Below, in pieces: positions 38,883 to 48,667 of a stretch of DNA of 64,000 nt. The notes below the pieces were generated by a model that was not told the origin of the DNA, made no database searches, and was given only the letters and a program-made list of their open reading frames with translations. Origin of the DNA: Thermodesulfobacteriota bacterium (GTDB lineage: Bacteria; Desulfobacterota; Desulfovibrionia; Desulfovibrionales; Desulfovibrionaceae); NCBI GenBank assembly GCA_040753075.1, contig JBFMHA010000007.1:18472-82471 (forward strand), in the 5' to 3' direction. Both the position numbers and the translations under genes were made by a program. Position 1 is the stretch's first letter, and every line of letters starts with the position of its first letter.

Positions 38883-41699
38883 TTACGCCGGTCCGTCCGG
38901 CGCGTCAAAGGGGACGGGAGGGGCTGGGGGGGCGGAGCGCATCCTGGCCAGGGCGAACTGCCGGGTCTCGGCAAAGGCCGGGTCTCCGGGCAGGTCGGCC
39001 TCGCGCACCGCGGCGCCCAGGGCCGGCTCGGCCAGGAGGCCGGCGGCGTACAGGGCCGCGGTCCGGGTCCAGGCGCCCACCGCGCCGTCGTCCCGGCGCA
39101 GCACGCCCGAGACCAGGCCGGCCGGGGAGGGGATCTTGAGCGGGAAGAGTTGGGCCAGGGCGGCGTGCAGCTTTTCCGGGGAGAGTCCGCGCAGCAGCGG
39201 CAGGACGAAGCGCCGGGCTTCGGGCGGGGTCAGGCTCTCCAGGAGCTCCACCGCGATGGCCCGCTGGTCCCGGGCCGGGTGGCGCAGCCGGGTGCGGGCC
39301 TGGGCGACCGCGCCGGGCGGAGAAAGGAAGGCGAGCAGGGCGAGCATCCTGGCCCTGGCTTCGCCAAGCTCGTCGCCCAGGGCCCGGGCCAGGAGTTCGG
39401 TCTCCTCCCGGGCTCCGGCCGCGGCCTGTCCCGCGGCCAGCCAGGTGGCGGACTTGGCCTCGGCCGCCAGGCGGCCCAGGACCCATTCCCGGCCGTCCTT
39501 GCCCGCGGCCTGGTGTGCCCGGTCCTCCAGCGCCTCCAGCGCCTCCCGGCGCAGGCCGGCGTCGGGGTGCTCCGCCAGCCCCAGCAGGAAGTCCCGGGCC
39601 GCGTCCCCGGCCAGGCGCGCGGCGGCTCGCACCAGGCCGATGCGGGCGGGGCGGTCCAGGCCGGGATCGGCAAAGGCCGAGACGATCTCGGGCAGGGCCT
39701 CCGGCCCCATGGCGGCCAGGGCGCGGACAGCCAGGGCCGCGGTGTCCCGTCGGCCCAGGCCGGCGATGACCCGGAACGCCAGGCGGGGGTTGCCCAGGCG
39801 CTCTGCCGCGGCCAGGGCAGCGGCCCGGACCCGGGGGCTCGCGTCGTCCAGGAGCGGGGCCAGGGGCCGGTAGTACCCGGACTGGCCGATCTCGCCCAGG
39901 ACCAGGGCCGCGGCCTCGCGGTCCGCCTCGTCCGGGGACGCCTGCAGGGCCATGAGCCGGCCGCCCGCGGCCAGCACGCCCTCGATGCCCCCGTGCCGGA
40001 GCAGGGCCACCATGGCCCCGCGGGCCACGGTGCGGTCCGGGTCGTCCAGGAACACCAGGAGCCCCTCCAGGGCCTCGGATTCGGCCAGGGCGCCGTAGGC
40101 CTTGAGGGCCAGGGCGGCCACGGCCGGGTCCGGAGGCCGGCGCAGGATCCCGCGCACCGCGGGCAGGGCGTCGGCGGGCCGGAGGGCCTCGATGCGGACC
40201 AGCGCCTCCCGCACCACCTCGGGCGAGGGGTGGGCCAGGAGACCGGCCAGGGCCGGCCGCAGGGCGTCGGGGTCGTGGCGGGCCAGGATGTCCATGGCCG
40301 AGAGCGCCTCCCCCGGCTTGTCGCTGGCCAGGCCCCGGGCGATGAGGGCCAGGCTCTGCCGGTCCTGGGCCTGTCCGTCGCCGTTGGTCAGGCGACGGGC
40401 GCCCAGGGCGGCGAGCAGCGTCCGGTTGTAGCCCCGACGCACCCCGGCGATGCACAGCAGCCAGATCACGAGCACGCCCATGAGCAGGTAGGTGATGCTG
40501 ACCGCGTCCAGGACCAGCAGGGAGCCCCGGGACAGGGCCAGGAGCAGCCCGGCCACCGCCAGCACGGCCACCGGTTCGGCCAGACCCTCCACCGAGGCCT
40601 GCGCCGCCAGCCGGCGTCCCGCGGCCAGGGGCTGGTACAGGACCATGAAGGCCGGCCGGTAGAAGCTGGAGCGGATCACGTAGTCCAGGAGCTTGAGGCT
40701 CACCGCCAGCCAGAACACCAGGGGGCTGGCCGACGAGGCCCAGGAGGTCGAGGCCGCGACCCCCATGCAGGCCAGGACCAGGGCCCCGGGCAGGAGCACC
40801 AGGGAGTTGATCGAGCCCAGGCCGGTGATGATGCGCCCCGCGGCCACCGCCCGCAGGAGCAGCACCACCGCCGCGGCCAGGGCGTAGAACCAGCCGAAGA
40901 ACCCGGCCATGTGCTCGGCATTGGGGGCGTGGGCCTGGGCCTGGGCGTTCAGGATGAGGTCGGTGAGGAAGAGCCCGGCGATGCCCACGGCCCACAGCAG
41001 GTGGATACCGGTCACGTAGCGGTCGGAGAAGGCCACGCCGAACTGGGGCCCGGGCCGACCGGCGGCCGGGGTCCGCTCCTTTTCCCGGGCCGGGCGCAGG
41101 GAGCGGCCGGCCCGGCCCAGGGCCGCAGTGCAGGCCAGGGCCGCGCCCAGCCAGCCCACGGCCAGCCAGAGCAGGTCCGCCGCGCCCAGAATCCGGGCCA
41201 GGGCCGGGGTGGCCAGGCCGGCCAGGCATACGGCCAGGAATTCCCCCGCGCCCATGAGCCCGAACAGGCGCTTGGCCTGGGCCAGGTCGAACACCGAGTT
41301 GGCCAGGCCCCAGAAGGCCAGGCCCGAGAGGATGTAGGCCACGTCGAACCACACCGCCAGGACCAGGGGCGGCCAGCCCGAGGGATCCCGGGCCAGCCAC
41401 AGCCGCAGCCCGGCCAGGCTGACCACGAGCAGGGCCAGGGTTCCCGCGGCCAGGGCCTCGGGGGAGAGGCGGCGTTCGAACAGGGTGAAGAGCAGCCACA
41501 TGGCCACCGTGCCCAGGGCCACGCCCACGTAGACATAGGGCAGGTCGCTGGAGGGGTAATGGGAGAGGAACACCGCCCGCGATGCGGCGTAGAGCAGGAG
41601 GAGCCCCGCGCCCAGGCAGAAGGTGGCGGCCGCCCCCAGGGCCAGGGGCCGGCCCTCGCCCGGGCGGATGTCCCAGAGGTTGCTCAGTGTGGCGTGCAT
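38883..41699 (-). CDS. Polytopic transporter-like domain (ATP:ADP-antiporter/Npt-type MFS, tentative) fused to HEAT-repeat domain
   Basis: 938 aa from ATG 41699 (MHATLSNLWDIRPGEGRPL...DLPYVYVGVAL). About 12 TM helices are followed by ~480 aa of HEAT-like repeats (PEVVREALVRIEAL, DDPDRTVARGAMVALL, DDASPRVRAAALAAAERLG). It is the 3' third of the 2365-aa track ORF. Confidence 0.8.
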   Translation of the reverse strand: MHATLSNLWDIRPGEGRPLALGAAATFCLGAGLLLLYAASRAVFLSHYPSSDLPYVYVGVALGTVAMWLLFTLFERRLSPEALAAGTLALLVVSLAGLRLWLARDPSGWPPLVLAVWFDVAYILSGLAFWGLANSVFDLAQAKRLFGLMGAGEFLAVCLAGLATPALARILGAADLLWLAVGWLGAALACTAALGRAGRSLRPAREKERTPAAGRPGPQFGVAFSDRYVTGIHLLWAVGIAGLFLTDLILNAQAQAHAPNAEHMAGFFGWFYALAAAVVLLLRAVAAGRIITGLGSINSLVLLPGALVLACMGVAASTSWASSASPLVFWLAVSLKLLDYVIRSSFYRPAFMVLYQPLAAGRRLAAQASVEGLAEPVAVLAVAGLLLALSRGSLLVLDAVSITYLLMGVLVIWLLCIAGVRRGYNRTLLAALGARRLTNGDGQAQDRQSLALIARGLASDKPGEALSAMDILARHDPDALRPALAGLLAHPSPEVVREALVRIEALRPADALPAVRGILRRPPDPAVAALALKAYGALAESEALEGLLVFLDDPDRTVARGAMVALLRHGGIEGVLAAGGRLMALQASPDEADREAAALVLGEIGQSGYYRPLAPLLDDASPRVRAAALAAAERLGNPRLAFRVIAGLGRRDTAALAVRALAAMGPEALPEIVSAFADPGLDRPARIGLVRAAARLAGDAARDFLLGLAEHPDAGLRREALEALEDRAHQAAGKDGREWVLGRLAAEAKSATWLAAGQAAAGAREETELLARALGDELGEARARMLALLAFLSPPGAVAQARTRLRHPARDQRAIAVELLESLTPPEARRFVLPLLRGLSPEKLHAALAQLFPLKIPSPAGLVSGVLRRDDGAVGAWTRTAALYAAGLLAEPALGAAVREADLPGDPAFAETRQFALARMRSAPPAPPVPFDAPDGPA

Positions 41700-41912
41700 G
41701 GCGACCGGTCCCGGACCCGGCGCGCCGGGCCGCGATGCTCCAACTTGGGGCCTAAGCCCCGGGAAAGTCAAGCGGGATTCCGCGGCGGCGGAGCCGTTCG
41801 CGGCTCTTTCCGGTTGACTTGCGTTGCGATTTGGCTTTTCTTTGGACGATAAACAAAGCTGGGCCGTTAGGCCCGTTTTCGCGTCCCCAGCCCTCAACCC
41901 CCGGACCGCACC

Positions 41913-44354
41913 ATGAAAGGGCACGCCGCCACCCGTCTCAAGCTCCTCCTCACCACGCTGGCCATCCTCGTGCTGGCCATGGCCTTCAACGGCGGGCTCT
42001 CCGTCTCCTCCCTGGAGAAGCTCTCCCTGAACTCCCTCATCGCCCGCTACCAGGTGGTGGCCAACGCCTTCCGCTCCCAGGTGGCCCAGTCCATCCGCTA
42101 CGGCAAGCCCCTGGAGCGCTTCTTCGGCATCACCCGGATGATGGAGGACGTGCGGGCCGACCTGCCGGACCTGTCCAACATCATGGTGGTCTCCACCGAG
42201 GGCGCGGTGCTCTACAGCCTGGACGACTCCCGGATCGGGCAGCAGTGGCCGGACCTGGCCGGGCCCGAGGCCAAGACCCTGTCCGCCGGCGGCGGGCACA
42301 TGGACTACAAGGCCGGCGACGCCTACTACGTCGAATTCCCCATCGAGGTGCAGGCGCAAGGGGACGAGCCGGCCGCGGTCAAGGGCCTGGTGGTCTTCGC
42401 CTTCCCCGCGGACCTGGTGCAGGCCAAGCTCAAGACCATCATCCTGGAGAACGTGGACGTGCTGGCGTTCATCACCCTGGCCGCGGCCGCGGTGCTCGGG
42501 GTGCTGCTCACCTTCTTCCTGCCCCTGGACCCGGGCCGCTTCTCCAAGGTCCGGCTCTACCTCATCCTGGTGCTGGCCCTGGGCGGGTCGCAGTGCGTCT
42601 ATTCGTATTACAACGTGCAGACCTTCCGGGACAACTTCCTGGAGATCACCCGGACCAACACCGAGAAGGTGGCCCGGCTGCTCAAGTCCGACGTGGACTA
42701 TCTCCTGTCCAAGGGGTTGTCGGTGGAGCGGCTGAGCAAGATGGACGTGTACATGTCCAAGATCCTGGCCGTGACCCCGGAGATCGCCCAGATGAGCATC
42801 ATGGGCCAGGACGGCCGGGTGCTCTACCGGGCCGATGCGAACGGGCCGGTGGCGGTGCGGGCCGGAACCTTCGCCGCTACCGCCGGGGCGGGGGACATCG
42901 CCGTCTCGCTCATCAAGACCTCCAAGGACGGGGCCCACGCCAAGCAGGGCGAACTGCGCGTGGAGCTCTCCCAGAAGGTCATCGCCGAGAAGGTGCGGGA
43001 GATCATCCTGGACTCGGTGACCGTGGGGGTCATCGCCATCCTCTTCCTGCTGGAGCTGGTCATCATCTTCCTCATCTTCCTGCGCGAGCAGACCAGGGGG
43101 GCGGCTCCGGCCGCGGTCTCCGCGGAGGACGACCACCACCGCTACGCCATCATCCGGCCGGTGGCCTTCCTGTTCCTCTTCGCCATGGACATGTGCATCT
43201 CCTTCATCCCCCTGCACATGGAGCAGATCTACCAGCCCCTGCTCGGCCTGTCCGAGGAGGTGATCATGGGCCTGCCCATCTCGGCGGAGATGTTCTTCGC
43301 CGGGGCCATGGTGCTGGTGTCCGGCGTATGGACCGACCGCCGGGGCTGGTTCGAGCCCTTCTTCGCTGGCGCGTTCCTGGCCTGCGCGGGCTACGTGTAT
43401 TCCGGCCTGGCCCCGAACGCGCTCCAGTTCATCATGGCCCGGGGCCTGGTGGGCGCGGGCTACGGCCTGGCCCTCATGGCCACCGAGGGCTTCGTGGTGG
43501 ACAACACCGGATCCCGCAACCGGGCCCAGGGCATCACCCACCTCTTCGCCGGGGTGTACGCCGGCAGCCTGTGCGGCGGGGCGGCCGGCGCCATGCTGGC
43601 CGACCGCCTGGGCTTCCGGCCGGTGTTCCTGGCCTCGGCCGTGCTCATGCTGCTGATGCTGGCGGTGGTCTTCCTGGTGCTGCGCGGCTCCTTCCACCGC
43701 CCAAAGCGGGACGCCAGCGAACCCGCGCCCGCCATCTCCGCGGCCCAGGTCCGCAAGTTCCTGTTCAACCGCAACGTGCTCGGGCTCATCATCATGAACA
43801 TCATGCCCGGCGCGCTCATCCTGGTGGGCTTCATCAACTTCCTCATCCCGGTGTACCTGAACCGCATCGGCACCAACCAGTCGGACATCGGCCGGGTGCT
43901 CATGATCTACGGGGTGTGCCTCATCTATATGGCCCCCAGCATCAGCCGATTCGTGGACCGCTCCCAAAACAAGAAGATCTTCATCTTCCTGTCCGGGGTC
44001 ATCGGCGCCCTGGCGCTCACCGGCTACTTCTTCCAGGGCGGGCTCCTGGTCACCGGCCTGGCCGCGCTCATGCTGGGCGTGTCCTCCAGCCTGGGCTTCG
44101 CGGCCCAGAACGCCTTCGCCCTGAACCTCAAGGTGACCCACGAGGTCGGGCACGGGGTGGCCATGGGCTTGTCCAACGCCCTGGAGCGCATCGGCCAGGT
44201 GCTGGGACCCCTGGCCCTGGGCTGGATCATCGTGTCCCTGGGCATGGAGAAGGGCATCGCCTCGGCCGGCGTGCTCTACCTGTCGGTGTCCCTGCTCTTC
44301 CTGTTCATGGTCCGGGAGAAGGGCGCGGTCGTCACCACGGACGAGAAGCACTAG
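41913..44354 (+). CDS. MFS transporter with ~400-aa N-terminal sensor-like extension
   Basis: 813 aa. Layout is TM, ~165-aa external domain, 2 TM, ~130-aa domain, TM, then a 12-TM MFS core (GVWTDRRGW, MARGLVGAGYG). Confidence 0.8.
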   Translation: MKGHAATRLKLLLTTLAILVLAMAFNGGLSVSSLEKLSLNSLIARYQVVANAFRSQVAQSIRYGKPLERFFGITRMMEDVRADLPDLSNIMVVSTEGAVLYSLDDSRIGQQWPDLAGPEAKTLSAGGGHMDYKAGDAYYVEFPIEVQAQGDEPAAVKGLVVFAFPADLVQAKLKTIILENVDVLAFITLAAAAVLGVLLTFFLPLDPGRFSKVRLYLILVLALGGSQCVYSYYNVQTFRDNFLEITRTNTEKVARLLKSDVDYLLSKGLSVERLSKMDVYMSKILAVTPEIAQMSIMGQDGRVLYRADANGPVAVRAGTFAATAGAGDIAVSLIKTSKDGAHAKQGELRVELSQKVIAEKVREIILDSVTVGVIAILFLLELVIIFLIFLREQTRGAAPAAVSAEDDHHRYAIIRPVAFLFLFAMDMCISFIPLHMEQIYQPLLGLSEEVIMGLPISAEMFFAGAMVLVSGVWTDRRGWFEPFFAGAFLACAGYVYSGLAPNALQFIMARGLVGAGYGLALMATEGFVVDNTGSRNRAQGITHLFAGVYAGSLCGGAAGAMLADRLGFRPVFLASAVLMLLMLAVVFLVLRGSFHRPKRDASEPAPAISAAQVRKFLFNRNVLGLIIMNIMPGALILVGFINFLIPVYLNRIGTNQSDIGRVLMIYGVCLIYMAPSISRFVDRSQNKKIFIFLSGVIGALALTGYFFQGGLLVTGLAALMLGVSSSLGFAAQNAFALNLKVTHEVGHGVAMGLSNALERIGQVLGPLALGWIIVSLGMEKGIASAGVLYLSVSLLFLFMVREKGAVVTTDEKH

Positions 44355-44366
44355 GCCGCATCCGGC

Positions 44367-45950
44367 ATGGACCGCGCCGCAGCCATGCTGGGCCGGGTGC
44401 TGGCGGTCCTGCCCGGGACCGCGGCCGCAGTCCGGGAGCACGGCCGCGAGCGCCTGGCGGACTACGCCGCCGCTCTCCTGGCCCCCGCCGGGCCGGGCCT
44501 GCAGTCCCGCGACGACCTCCTGGACGAGGCCGGGGCCGAGGCCCGGCGACTGCTCGGGCCGGATGCCGCCCAGGCCCTGGTCCGCGCCCTGGACGTCCAT
44601 CCCGCGGTCCTCACCGCCAACCACCATGGCGCGGATTTCCTGGCCCAGTCCGTCCAGGGCACCCTGCTCACGGCCCTGCCCGCCCTGCTCGGGGACGCAT
44701 CCGGCCGTGCCGTGCCGGTGCTGGCCTGCGGCGCGGTGCCCCTGGGCAGCTTCACCTTTCCCCGGGGCGTCCTGCTCGCCCGGCGGCCGGCCCCGGGCCC
44801 GGAGGATGATTCCCGGGCCTGGCCGGCCGGACTCAAGGTCCCGCTCTTCCCCTGGAAGTACCGGTACACCCAGGTCCTGGCCGCGCCTCCCCTGACCCGG
44901 GAGCAGTTGGTCCGGGCCAGGTCCGCGGCCGCGGGCCTGTTTCAGGCCGGGAGCATCGGCCGGGCCGAGGCCCGGGCGCTGGACGTCATCCTCGCCGAGG
45001 ACTACGGCCACCCGGCGGTGCTGTCCTTGCCCTGCTATTCGGACCAGGCCGCGGTGCTCAACTCCCGGCTCTGGGGCCGGCTGTTCCGGGACCCGGAGGC
45101 GGGCAACGGCTCCCGCCTGGTCTACCTGGAGCTGGAGCGCCTGGCCGCCCGGCTCCTGGCCCGTGACCTGGCCGACCCGCGCAGCCTGTTCCATGCGGTG
45201 CTCCTGGACCCCGGGCTGCGGGGCGCGGTGCTGGAGTCCCTGGACCGGGCCGTGGGCTGCTGGGATCTGGAGCGGCTGGCCGGGCTGGCGGCCGGGAAGG
45301 GGAACGGGCAGGGCGCCGACGCCTTGCGCGGCAGCGGTACGGCGTTTTTCTGGGGCCGGGACGGCAAGGGCCGCAAGGTTCCCCTGCATCTGGCCCGGGA
45401 GGCGGGGCGGACCTGGCTGCGCGGCCGGGGCCTGGGGGAGGAGGCGGTGGAGGTGGAGCTGGCCGCGGAGTCCCTCGTCGCGGCCCTGGCCGCGGGCCGC
45501 ATCCTTCCCGGGCTGTTCGCGGCCTACGGCTGTCTGGCCCTGGCCAGGGGGGTGCGCTGCCTGGGCGGGGTGTACCAGGCCGACTACCTGCCCACCATGC
45601 GGCGGGGCCTGGCCGCGGCCCTGGCCTCTGTCGGGGACGCCGAGCGCTCCCGGGCGGTGGCCGCGGCCCCGGCCGGGGAGTTGGCCGCCGGGCCGGAATT
45701 CCTGTTCTCCCGTTTCGCCGAAGGCAGCCTGTACCCGGCCGGGCCGGTGGAGATCCTGGCCGCGGGCGGGCTGGCCCGCGCCATGGTCGAACAGTGCGGG
45801 GCCATGACCCTGGAGGAGGCCCTGCGCGCCGGGCTGGCCGAACTCTACGCCGAGTTCACGCCCCTGCCCGAGCGCGACCAGGACTGGCGCGCGGTTGCGG
45901 CCCCGGCCTCCGGTCCCGGCGGGCCGGCCATCCTGGACATCCCCGCGTAA
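44367..45950 (+). CDS. Hypothetical 527-aa protein (no family recognised)
   Basis: Starts 12 nt after the MFS stop on the same strand. Diverse composition (TANHHGADFLAQSVQG, LPCYSDQAAVLNSRLWGRLF, GGVYQADYLPTMRRG). Alternative frames are R/P/W-rich shadows. Confidence 0.6.
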   Translation: MDRAAAMLGRVLAVLPGTAAAVREHGRERLADYAAALLAPAGPGLQSRDDLLDEAGAEARRLLGPDAAQALVRALDVHPAVLTANHHGADFLAQSVQGTLLTALPALLGDASGRAVPVLACGAVPLGSFTFPRGVLLARRPAPGPEDDSRAWPAGLKVPLFPWKYRYTQVLAAPPLTREQLVRARSAAAGLFQAGSIGRAEARALDVILAEDYGHPAVLSLPCYSDQAAVLNSRLWGRLFRDPEAGNGSRLVYLELERLAARLLARDLADPRSLFHAVLLDPGLRGAVLESLDRAVGCWDLERLAGLAAGKGNGQGADALRGSGTAFFWGRDGKGRKVPLHLAREAGRTWLRGRGLGEEAVEVELAAESLVAALAAGRILPGLFAAYGCLALARGVRCLGGVYQADYLPTMRRGLAAALASVGDAERSRAVAAAPAGELAAGPEFLFSRFAEGSLYPAGPVEILAAGGLARAMVEQCGAMTLEEALRAGLAELYAEFTPLPERDQDWRAVAAPASGPGGPAILDIPA

Positions 45951-46141
45951 AGCCCTTCCGGGTATTCCGGCAAGGCGCATGCGCTGCGCCCCGGACGCTG
46001 ACGCAGGTCAGGGAGAAGGCACGGCCGGGAATGCAACGGCGAGCCTTTGCATTCTCGGAAGAAAACTCTTCTTGAGTTCGCGGTTGCATCTCGGAATCGG
46101 CCCGTCCGGGCTTCCCGAACTCCCGCGAAGAACCTGGAAAC

Positions 46142-46175
46142 GAACGCCGCGCCTCCTTTCGGGGGCGCGGCGTTC
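46142..46175. terminator. GC-rich hairpin in convergent intergenic region
   Basis: Perfect 12-bp stem pairing 46142-46153 with 46164-46175. It lies 23 nt beyond the binding-protein stop. U-tracts are weak on both strands. Confidence 0.4.
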
Positions 46176-46197
46176 TGTTCCGTTGCGCCGGAAGGCC

Positions 46198-47364
46198 TTA
46201 CTTGGCCTTCTCGATGTTCTCGTAGATCTCGTCCGCGGCCATGAGGATGTCCACGGGCGGGTCGAAGCCGATGAGCTCCGCGGTCTTCAGGTTGATGGCG
46301 ATCTTGGGCGGGTCCTCGAAGATCATGGAGAGCTTGCGCGGCTGCGCGCCGTTGAGGATCTGGCCGATGATCTTGGCGTGGTACTCGCCCACGTACTTGA
46401 ACCCGGCCTGGGCGATGGACAGGAGCACGCCGAAGCGAACGTCGTCGGACCCGGCCTGGGAGAAGGTTGGGGTCTTGTTCTTGAACACCGGGGCCAGCAG
46501 CTCGGGCATGCGGTCGGCCCGCATGCCGCCGTTCTCGGTGAGGTACAGGGCGTCCACCTTGTCCGCCAGCTTGTCGTGGCAGGCCTGGAGGTTGCTGTAG
46601 GCCAGGTTGGAGTCGGGCACGTCCAGGGGGGTGGTGCAGGGCACGATGACGAAGCCCCGCTCCTTGGCCACCAGCTCCACATCGTCCACCGCGGCGTAGG
46701 AGCGGCCGGCCAGGGTGTCCTCGTACACGATGCCCAGGCGGGTGAAGTTCACGATGTCGTGGAACAGGCGCACCTGGCGCTTGTAGCGGTCGGGGTCTAT
46801 GCGGGCGTGCACGTGGTCCAGGCCCGAGTCCTCCAGGCTGGCGATGATCTTGGCGTCCAGGGGGTTGGAGGTGGACAGGACCTCGACGGGGGTGCGGTGC
46901 TTGCTGTTGGCCAGGTCCTGGCCGGCCCAGGTGCCCATGGCCAGGACGAGGTCCAGGTCGGCCTTGCCGGACAGGCGCGCCAGGACCTTGGCCGCGTTCT
47001 CCTCCCGGAGCTTGTCGTCCCAGTTGGAGCAGGTATGGGCGTCCTCCACGAACTCCAGGTAGTCGCTCTTCACCTTGGAGGCGAGGAACTTCCACATCTC
47101 GATGGTGTCCTCGGTGTCGGGGAACTCGGGAATCTCCAGAGGCGCGATCCAGCCCAGCTTGGCCAGGGACAGGACCGTGGCCCGCAGCGTCTGCTGGTAC
47201 TGGATGTAGGGCCCGCCCTCCAGGTAGCCGATGCGCCACTTGCCACCGGAGGGTTTCTTCTTGGGCGCGAAGGGCATGGAGTCGTGGGCCCCGGCCAGGG
47301 CCGTGCCGGCCAGGAGGCAGAGGGTGAGGGCGCACAGCAGCGCGGCGCGGAGCGCGGTCTTCAT
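46198..47364 (-). CDS. ABC-transporter-type periplasmic substrate-binding protein (orphan, COG2984-like)
   Basis: 388 aa from ATG 47364. Signal peptide MKTALRAALLCALTLCLLAGTALAGA. Periplasmic-binding fold features (WRIGYLEGGPY, RLGIVYEDT, INLKTAELIGF). No permease or ATPase gene adjacent. Confidence 0.8.
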   Translation of the reverse strand: MKTALRAALLCALTLCLLAGTALAGAHDSMPFAPKKKPSGGKWRIGYLEGGPYIQYQQTLRATVLSLAKLGWIAPLEIPEFPDTEDTIEMWKFLASKVKSDYLEFVEDAHTCSNWDDKLREENAAKVLARLSGKADLDLVLAMGTWAGQDLANSKHRTPVEVLSTSNPLDAKIIASLEDSGLDHVHARIDPDRYKRQVRLFHDIVNFTRLGIVYEDTLAGRSYAAVDDVELVAKERGFVIVPCTTPLDVPDSNLAYSNLQACHDKLADKVDALYLTENGGMRADRMPELLAPVFKNKTPTFSQAGSDDVRFGVLLSIAQAGFKYVGEYHAKIIGQILNGAQPRKLSMIFEDPPKIAINLKTAELIGFDPPVDILMAADEIYENIEKAK

Positions 47365-47477
47365 CGGTCCCCCTTTGCGGATTGGGGATGTACGGGATCG
47401 GAGGCCATGATACTTTGAGGACTTATAGGACAAAGCCGGACAAGAGGAAAGGGGCGGGCGGAGGGAAATCAGGCGGT

Positions 47478-48542
47478 TCAGTCCTCAAGAACCTTGTCCA
47501 CCAGCCCGGAGTGGAAGGCCAGGGCCATGGCCTTGTAGTTCATGCGGAAGCGCAGGCGCTGGCCGGGACGCACCTCCACCGGGCAGTCGGACACGTCGTA
47601 CACCGAGTAGTTGGAGTTGAACCCGATGAGCTCCATGCCCGGGAGCGCCGGGGTGAGGCCGCGGGATTCGGTCTCCAGGGCGCCGAAGCCGAGCACCGCG
47701 CGCTTGCGCACCCCGCGGTCCACGAAGGTGAGCCGCTCGCCGAAGGCGTTGATGCCGGTGATGCCGAAGGGCATGGAGGGCTTGTCCTTGACCTCCAGGA
47801 CCTCGGCCTCGAAGAGCACCGCGTCGGGGGCCAGGCGGGGATGGCCGTCCAGGGAGTCCGGGTGCTTGCCCTGGAGCACGGCGTAGCCCATGCGCACCTG
47901 GCTGATGCCCGGGTGCAGCGGGCCGGCCTCCAGCAGGCGCAGGAAGTCCGAGCCGCCCACCGAGAGCGTCTCGGGCCGGCGGCCCAGCGCCGCCTCCACC
48001 GCCTCCCCGGCGCGGATGAGCCGCTCCACGCTCTCCGGGGTGGGGATGAGCCCGCTCAAGCACCCGAAGTGCGCGGCCAGGCCCTTGAACCCGAAGAACT
48101 CGTGCTCCAGCTCCAGGCAGCGGCGCGCGGCGTCCACCACCTGGCCGGGCATGACGCCTTCGCGCAGGTCGCCCACCTCCACCATGAGCATGGCCTCGTG
48201 CCGCATCCGGGCCTTGGCCGCGGCGCGGGACAGGGCCTCCAGGGCTTCGGCCTCGGAGTTGAAGCTCACCGGGAAGTGGCGCACCACGTCCATGGCCCGG
48301 TGCACCGGGGGCAGGGCCACCATCCAGGGCGCGGCGCCGGTCGCGGCGATGGGGGACGCGTGCCGGACCCGGGCCGCGCCCATTACCGCGATCCCGGCCT
48401 CGGCAAAGAGGCGGCAGATGCCGGAATGGGCGTGACAACCCTTGACCACGCCCATGAGGCACACGCCCCGACTGTCGCACAGGCCCTTCACATATGCCAG
48501 GTTGTGGCGGAGCCGGCTCGTGCTGACGCGGAGGGTGGGCAT
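47478..48542 (-). CDS. PLP-dependent amino-acid racemase-like protein (alanine/ornithine racemase fold)
   Basis: 354 aa from ATG 48542 (MPTLRVSTSRLRHNLAYVKGL...GVVKG with candidate PLP lysine). Size and layout match predicted amino-acid racemases. The upstream 171 codons of the track ORF are shadow. Confidence 0.75.
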   Translation of the reverse strand: MPTLRVSTSRLRHNLAYVKGLCDSRGVCLMGVVKGCHAHSGICRLFAEAGIAVMGAARVRHASPIAATGAAPWMVALPPVHRAMDVVRHFPVSFNSEAEALEALSRAAAKARMRHEAMLMVEVGDLREGVMPGQVVDAARRCLELEHEFFGFKGLAAHFGCLSGLIPTPESVERLIRAGEAVEAALGRRPETLSVGGSDFLRLLEAGPLHPGISQVRMGYAVLQGKHPDSLDGHPRLAPDAVLFEAEVLEVKDKPSMPFGITGINAFGERLTFVDRGVRKRAVLGFGALETESRGLTPALPGMELIGFNSNYSVYDVSDCPVEVRPGQRLRFRMNYKAMALAFHSGLVDKVLED

Positions 48543-48667
48543 GTGCGGGGTAGTCCTCGGGGTGTTCCGGTAAGGAAGAACCCATAGGATACCGACAACT
48601 CGGCATGAACGCCACAGGAAAACGGTCCCGGGCGCGCGAAGGGATGTCCGGGACGCCGGCCTCCGGG

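Noticed and set aside
41700-45980. The upstream two-thirds of the 2365-aa minus-strand ORF (38883-45980), a 7.1-kb stop-free frame.
   Set aside because: Only the segment from ATG 41699 downward encodes a plausible protein (TM helices and HEAT repeats). The rest is R/G/P/Q/H-rich low-complexity sequence antisense to two plus-strand genes whose products have real TM and domain structure. This is a typical GC3 shadow frame.
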